Assembly: GCF_000341395.1 (NCBI RefSeq)
Contig: NC_020304.1
Span: forward strand, 420,001-452,000
Direction: 5' to 3'
Length of the DNA: 32,000 nucleotides
Source: Desulfocapsa sulfexigens DSM 10523
GTDB taxonomy: Bacteria; Desulfobacterota; Desulfobulbia; Desulfobulbales; Desulfocapsaceae
Positions 27,871-32,000 of the stretch are shown in pieces. The translations under genes and the position numbers were made by a program. The notes beneath the pieces were generated by a model that did no database searches, was not told the origin of the DNA, and saw only the letters and a program-made list of their open reading frames with translations. Numbering within the stretch: the stretch's first letter is position 1; every line of letters begins with the position of its first letter.

Positions 27871-28745
27871 TGGAACAGACAATTAAAGAAGTATTGATCC
27901 TCAGCGGCAAAGGCGGTACCGGGAAGACCAGTATCGTTGGATCCTTTGCTCATCTGGCAGAAAACAAAATTCTCGTGGACTGTGACGTTGACGCGTCCGA
28001 CCTCCACCTCCTTCTCGCCCCAAAGCCAACTGAGACCCATGACTTCAAGTCCGGAGTCAAGGCCCGGGTAGAGGCGGATAAGTGCAGCGGTTGTGGCATG
28101 TGTGCTGAGCTCTGCCAATTTGAATCAATTACCATGGGGGAAACTGCGGTCATTTCACCACTCAACTGTGAAGGATGCGGTGTCTGCGCCCACTTCTGTC
28201 CGGAAGAAGCCATTGTACTCCAAGAGAATCATTGCGGTTCCTGGTACATTGCAGATACCGCCTACGGGCCTCTTGTTCACGCCCAGCTTTTCGCAGGGGA
28301 GGAAAACTCGGGCAAGTTGGTCTCCCACATCAAAAATCAGGCAAGACAGCTCGCTGAAACAACAAATACCGGTCTGATCCTGATCGATGGCGCTCCTGGG
28401 GTGGGATGTCCGGTCATCGCATCACTCTCCAATGTGGATCTTGCCGTCGTAATAACCGAACCTACCCTATCCGGAAAACACGACCTGGATCGCATCCTTG
28501 ACCTCACCGAACACTTCAAAATCCCTGCACTGGTTTGCATAAACAAGTGGGATCTTCACTCCGAGATGAGCGATAGCATAGAGAAATCCTGCAACGATCG
28601 CGGAGCTAACGTTCTTGGAAAAATCCCATTTGATCGCCAGGTTATTACCTGCCAGATTCAGGGAGTGCCGGTGACAGCTGATGATACCAGCCTGGCCGGG
28701 TACTCAATTAAGGCGATATGGAAAAAACTAAAGGAACACCTATAG
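27870..28745 (+). CDS. MinD-superfamily P-loop ATPase with inserted ferredoxin domain (copy 2)
   Basis: 'SGKGGTGKTSIVGSFAHLA', 'CSGCGMCAELCQFESI' and 'CEGCGVCAHFCPEEAI', 'LIDGAPGVGCPVIASL', 'ITEPTLSGKHDLDRI'. Start overlaps the upstream stop. Confidence 0.93.
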   Translation: MEQTIKEVLILSGKGGTGKTSIVGSFAHLAENKILVDCDVDASDLHLLLAPKPTETHDFKSGVKARVEADKCSGCGMCAELCQFESITMGETAVISPLNCEGCGVCAHFCPEEAIVLQENHCGSWYIADTAYGPLVHAQLFAGEENSGKLVSHIKNQARQLAETTNTGLILIDGAPGVGCPVIASLSNVDLAVVITEPTLSGKHDLDRILDLTEHFKIPALVCINKWDLHSEMSDSIEKSCNDRGANVLGKIPFDRQVITCQIQGVPVTADDTSLAGYSIKAIWKKLKEHL

Positions 28746-28832
28746 AAGAGCTTTTCCTTCAGTTTTTTCCTTCTGGTGGTATATACTCTAAAAAATAGTC
28801 TGCCTTTTTAACTCCTTTTTTGAGAGCCATAT

Positions 28833-30356
28833 ATGACCACCATAATCAGTAGCCAGGATTTTATTGCCTCCATCGCAGAGAGCCTCCAGTACATTTCCTA
28901 CACCCACCCTCGTGATTTCGTTCAGGCCATGGCCCGTGCATACGAGCGTGAAAAAAGCCAGGCGGCAAAGGATGCCATGGCTCAAATCCTGATCAACTCC
29001 AGGATGGCAGCCATGGGCCAGCGTCCAATCTGCCAGGACACGGGTATCGTTACCGTCTTTCTGCAAATTGGCATGGAATGCCGCTTCGACACCACCACAG
29101 CCATTCAGGAACTGGTGGATGAGGGTGTTCGAACGGCCTATAATAATACGGACAATCCACTTCGTGCGTCTGTGGTTGCCGATCCGGCCGGCAAACGAAT
29201 TAACACCAGAGACAACACCCCGGCAGTTATCTACACCGAGCTGGTTGCAGGCTCCAGTGTTGATATCCGTATTGCTGCCAAGGGTGGTGGATCCGAAAAC
29301 AAAAGTAAATTTGCCACCCTCAACCCCAATGATTCCATCGTCGATTGGGTGGTACGTACCGTACCCACAATGGGGGCCGGCTGGTGCCCCCCCGGAATCC
29401 TTGGTATTGGTATCGGTGGCACCGTTGATAAGGCCATGGTACTTGCCAAAGAATCGCTGATGCAGCCCATCGACATTCAGGAGCTGATAGCAAAAGGTGC
29501 CGACAACACCATAGAAGAACTGCGGCTTGAAATATATTCAAAGGTAAATGAACTCGGAATAGGAGCCCAGGGTCTGGGTGGGCTTACCACCGCTCTCGAT
29601 GTCAAGATACTGGACTGTCCAACCCACGCAGCATCCCTTCCCGTCGCAATGATTCCAAACTGTGCCGCAACCCGGCATATTCACTTCACTCTTGATGGCA
29701 GCGGTCCTGCTCACTTTACTCCGCCACGACTGGAAGACTGGCCTGAAATCAAATGGGAGGTTGGTGAAAGTGTCAAACGGGTACAGCTTAATGGAATCAC
29801 CAGGGAAGAAATTGCAACCTGGAATACTGGAGAGACACTGCTTCTGAACGGTACCATCCTCACAGGACGCGATGCAGCCCATCGCAGAATTCAGACGTTC
29901 CTCAAGGAAGGAAAACCATTCCCCAATGGAGTTGACTTCAGGGGGAAATTTATCTATTACGTGGGACCCGTTGATCCCGTAAGAGACGAAGCCGTTGGCC
30001 CCGCCGGCCCTACAACCTCCACCCGCATGGACAAATACAGTGACATGATGCTGAAAGAAACCGGCCTTATCGGCATGATAGGAAAATCGGAACGAGGTGA
30101 TGCAACCATCGAATCCATTCGCCAACACGGCGCTGTATACCTTATGGCTGTTGGAGGAGCTGCCTATCTTGTATCAAAGGCAATCAAGAAAGCACGAGTG
30201 GTGGCCTTCGAAGATCTCGGCATGGAGGCAATCTATGAATTTGAGGTTGAAGATATGCCTGTAACGGTAGCCGTCGACAGCCGGGGCGAGTCAGTCCACA
30301 AGACAGGTCCTGCTCTCTGGAGCCAGAAGATCCGCGATTATCGGAGTCACAAATAG
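28833..30356 (+). CDS. Fumarate hydratase, class I (iron-sulfur), single chain
   Basis: 507 aa; 'RPICQDTGIVTVFLQIGM', 'AAKGGGSENKSKFATLNP', 'CPPGILGIGIGGTVDKAM', 'GAQGLGGLTTALDVKI', 'GPVDPVRDEAVGPAGPTTSTRMDKY', 'GMIGKSERG'. Confidence 0.95.
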   Translation: MTTIISSQDFIASIAESLQYISYTHPRDFVQAMARAYEREKSQAAKDAMAQILINSRMAAMGQRPICQDTGIVTVFLQIGMECRFDTTTAIQELVDEGVRTAYNNTDNPLRASVVADPAGKRINTRDNTPAVIYTELVAGSSVDIRIAAKGGGSENKSKFATLNPNDSIVDWVVRTVPTMGAGWCPPGILGIGIGGTVDKAMVLAKESLMQPIDIQELIAKGADNTIEELRLEIYSKVNELGIGAQGLGGLTTALDVKILDCPTHAASLPVAMIPNCAATRHIHFTLDGSGPAHFTPPRLEDWPEIKWEVGESVKRVQLNGITREEIATWNTGETLLLNGTILTGRDAAHRRIQTFLKEGKPFPNGVDFRGKFIYYVGPVDPVRDEAVGPAGPTTSTRMDKYSDMMLKETGLIGMIGKSERGDATIESIRQHGAVYLMAVGGAAYLVSKAIKKARVVAFEDLGMEAIYEFEVEDMPVTVAVDSRGESVHKTGPALWSQKIRDYRSHK

Positions 30357-30423
30357 GTTCTCGTTGTCCCTGACAGAGACCCGTTAACACTCTCCACTTC
30401 TTCCACCGCGGGGCCCTAATACT

Positions 30424-31641
30424 ATGACAAAACTTTCCCGAAAATTAAACAACGCCCTTGAAATCACCGCAGGATGCACAGAACCGGCAGCTATCGCCTT
30501 CTGTGCCAGCTTTGTAGGAAAATACCTGGACGACATCCCTCAAGAGATACTCTTACGTATTGATCAGCGTACTTACAAAAATGCCTTCGGAGCCGGAATT
30601 CCACGAGCAGGTGACAAACGTGGCAGTGAATGGGCCCTGCTCTTTGGCTTTGTCATGGCCTGCCCGGAAAAACGGCTTTCGATCTTTTCTGGATTGGAGA
30701 AAGATGCCATCACCCGGGCACAAGCTCTGCATGACCGCGATATTCTCAAAGTTGAACTGGTTGAAACGGAAACTCTGCTGATCGCTGTCTCGGCACGAGG
30801 AGCCACAAACCATGTTGAAGCACGTATAGAAGGCGGGCACACCAAGGTGACGGCTGTCACTTTAAACAACAGAACTATTGATATAGCAGAGGAAAAAGAA
30901 AAAGAGGCAGCAGCAGCTTCTCTTCCCTATGAGGATGCGATATATGAAGCTCTGAACTGGCCGGAACTCATTGAAGAGTGCTACAAAGACCAGACCCTGC
31001 AAACCACGGTTCGCCAGGGAATTGCCTATAATATGGCAGCAGCCCTACACGGCCAGAAATATGTTAAAAGTGGCCATGGTGCAGATTCCCTCGTAATGGG
31101 AGCCATCTACTCAAGAATGAACGGCGACCCTATTCCCATTATGAGCTGTGCAGGGTCCGGTAACAAGGGACTGACCTGTATGGTCCCCGTGGTGTGTTAC
31201 AGCAGGGATCTTGACCTTGGAGAAGAACTGGAAATTAAGGGTGTACTCGTTGCAGTATTACTGACCAGCCTCATCACCTCACGTTTTGGTGAAGTTTCTT
31301 CGGTCTGTGGAGCCCAGTATGCTGCAGGTGCCGGTGTTATCGGGGGCATCCTGTATTTAAAAAACAAACTGGAGCTCTTTGACGGCGCCTACAACAACTT
31401 TATATCAGCCATTGGCGGAGGATTCTGCGACGGTGCCAAGGGAAGCTGCTCCATGCGGGGCAATGTTGCTGTAAGTACTGCCCTCACCGCCATCAATCAT
31501 GCAGAAAACGGATTTCTGGTTTCCGGACGGGACGGTTTTCTTGGCACGACCTTCCATGAAACTCTGGATCATCTTACCCAGTACAATCCACTTATTGCAA
31601 AATTTGAGCGTGAAACCATTGATATTTTACGTAATAAATGA
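30424..31641 (+). CDS. L-cysteine desulfidase / YhaM (UPF0597) family, serine dehydratase alpha-chain-like
   Basis: 405 aa; 'EITAGCTEPAAIAFCASFVGKYL', 'IMSCAGSGNKGLTCMVPVV', 'GVSSVCGAQYAAGAGVIGG'-like region 'EVSSVCGAQYAAGAGVIGGILYL', 'GGGFCDGAKGSCSMRGNVAVSTALTAINHAENG'. Confidence 0.9.
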   Translation: MTKLSRKLNNALEITAGCTEPAAIAFCASFVGKYLDDIPQEILLRIDQRTYKNAFGAGIPRAGDKRGSEWALLFGFVMACPEKRLSIFSGLEKDAITRAQALHDRDILKVELVETETLLIAVSARGATNHVEARIEGGHTKVTAVTLNNRTIDIAEEKEKEAAAASLPYEDAIYEALNWPELIEECYKDQTLQTTVRQGIAYNMAAALHGQKYVKSGHGADSLVMGAIYSRMNGDPIPIMSCAGSGNKGLTCMVPVVCYSRDLDLGEELEIKGVLVAVLLTSLITSRFGEVSSVCGAQYAAGAGVIGGILYLKNKLELFDGAYNNFISAIGGGFCDGAKGSCSMRGNVAVSTALTAINHAENGFLVSGRDGFLGTTFHETLDHLTQYNPLIAKFERETIDILRNK

Positions 31642-32000
31642 GTCTTTTCTACTCCGGCGTATAATCCCGTTCATCCGCCCCTGAGTCAGAGGCGGTTCTG
31701 TATGAAGAAACAAGCGGTTACCGGGGTTAGCACGACTTATCACCTCCCCCTTTTCGGTCTCCATACGGACAACGGTTAAGGGAATACAGCTAATCCCGGG
31801 AAGCATATACTCCACCTGATTCCCCGTTTCCAGGACATTCCTCGCTTCAACCAGTGGTGCCTCACCCTCTCCTCTGATCACGGCCACTGGCTCAACTTCC
31901 ATCTGAACCCGGGGACTGGTATAGAGCATCTCAGAACTCCCTGGCACATGTCTGAAAAAATTTTCACTGGTACCACGGGTTCCGGTTTTGGCAATCTCTT
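31627..32000 (-). CDS. 3' part of a peptidase U32-family-like protein (5' end outside window)
   Basis: Frame stays open from 31947 to the window edge ('EIAKTGTRGTSENFFRHVPGSSEM'). C-terminal pattern '...ARNVLETGNQVEYMLPGISCIPLTVVRMETEKGEVISRANPGNRLFLHT' resembles the U32 C-terminal barrel domain. Confidence 0.6.
   Translation of the reverse strand, partial: EIAKTGTRGTSENFFRHVPGSSEMLYTSPRVQMEVEPVAVIRGEGEAPLVEARNVLETGNQVEYMLPGISCIPLTVVRMETEKGEVISRANPGNRLFLHTEPPLTQGRMNGIIRRSRKDSFIT

Noticed and set aside
27031-28745. Tandem MinD-like genes as a ParA/plasmid partition or cell-division locus
   Set aside because: Both proteins have inserted ferredoxin motifs and sit beside a NifX-like gene, which fits the iron-sulfur MinD-superfamily group; no ParB, MinC or MinE nearby.
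29538-30128. 196-aa minus-strand ORF
   Set aside because: Antisense to class I fumarate hydratase, whose motifs cover this interval.

Overview
The window looks like ordinary chromosomal sequence of an anaerobic, probably deltaproteobacterial (Desulfobulbales-like) bacterium; the taxon is inferred from gene content only. I found no rRNA, tRNA, CRISPR array, prophage or transposase. Main content in order: a minus-strand cassette of hybrid histidine kinase, ABC-type substrate-binding protein and TonB-dependent receptor; a START-like protein; an RhlE-type DEAD-box helicase and a cold-shock protein; a decayed DsbA-like gene; a TlpA / small CXXC protein / 4Fe-4S membrane protein trio; a LysM-RlpA protein; a cNMP-binding plus DUF4388-like protein; a multiheme cytochrome c; nadE; a three-gene group of GGDEF(+PilZ-like), HEAT-like and HD-GYP proteins; mltG; lon; a left-handed beta-helix nucleotidyltransferase-like protein; a NifX-like protein with two MinD/ferredoxin ATPases; class I fumarate hydratase; an L-cysteine desulfidase/YhaM-family protein; and the 3' part of a peptidase U32-like gene. 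The least ordinary signals are (a) the 17041-21703 c-di-GMP-related cluster, where two adjacent, otherwise different proteins appear to share an N-terminal domain and the HD-GYP protein has YD in place of the HD dyad, (b) the DsbA remnant beside an intact TlpA trio, and (c) the multidomain regulator beside the multiheme cytochrome. I do not claim a demonstrated new system.
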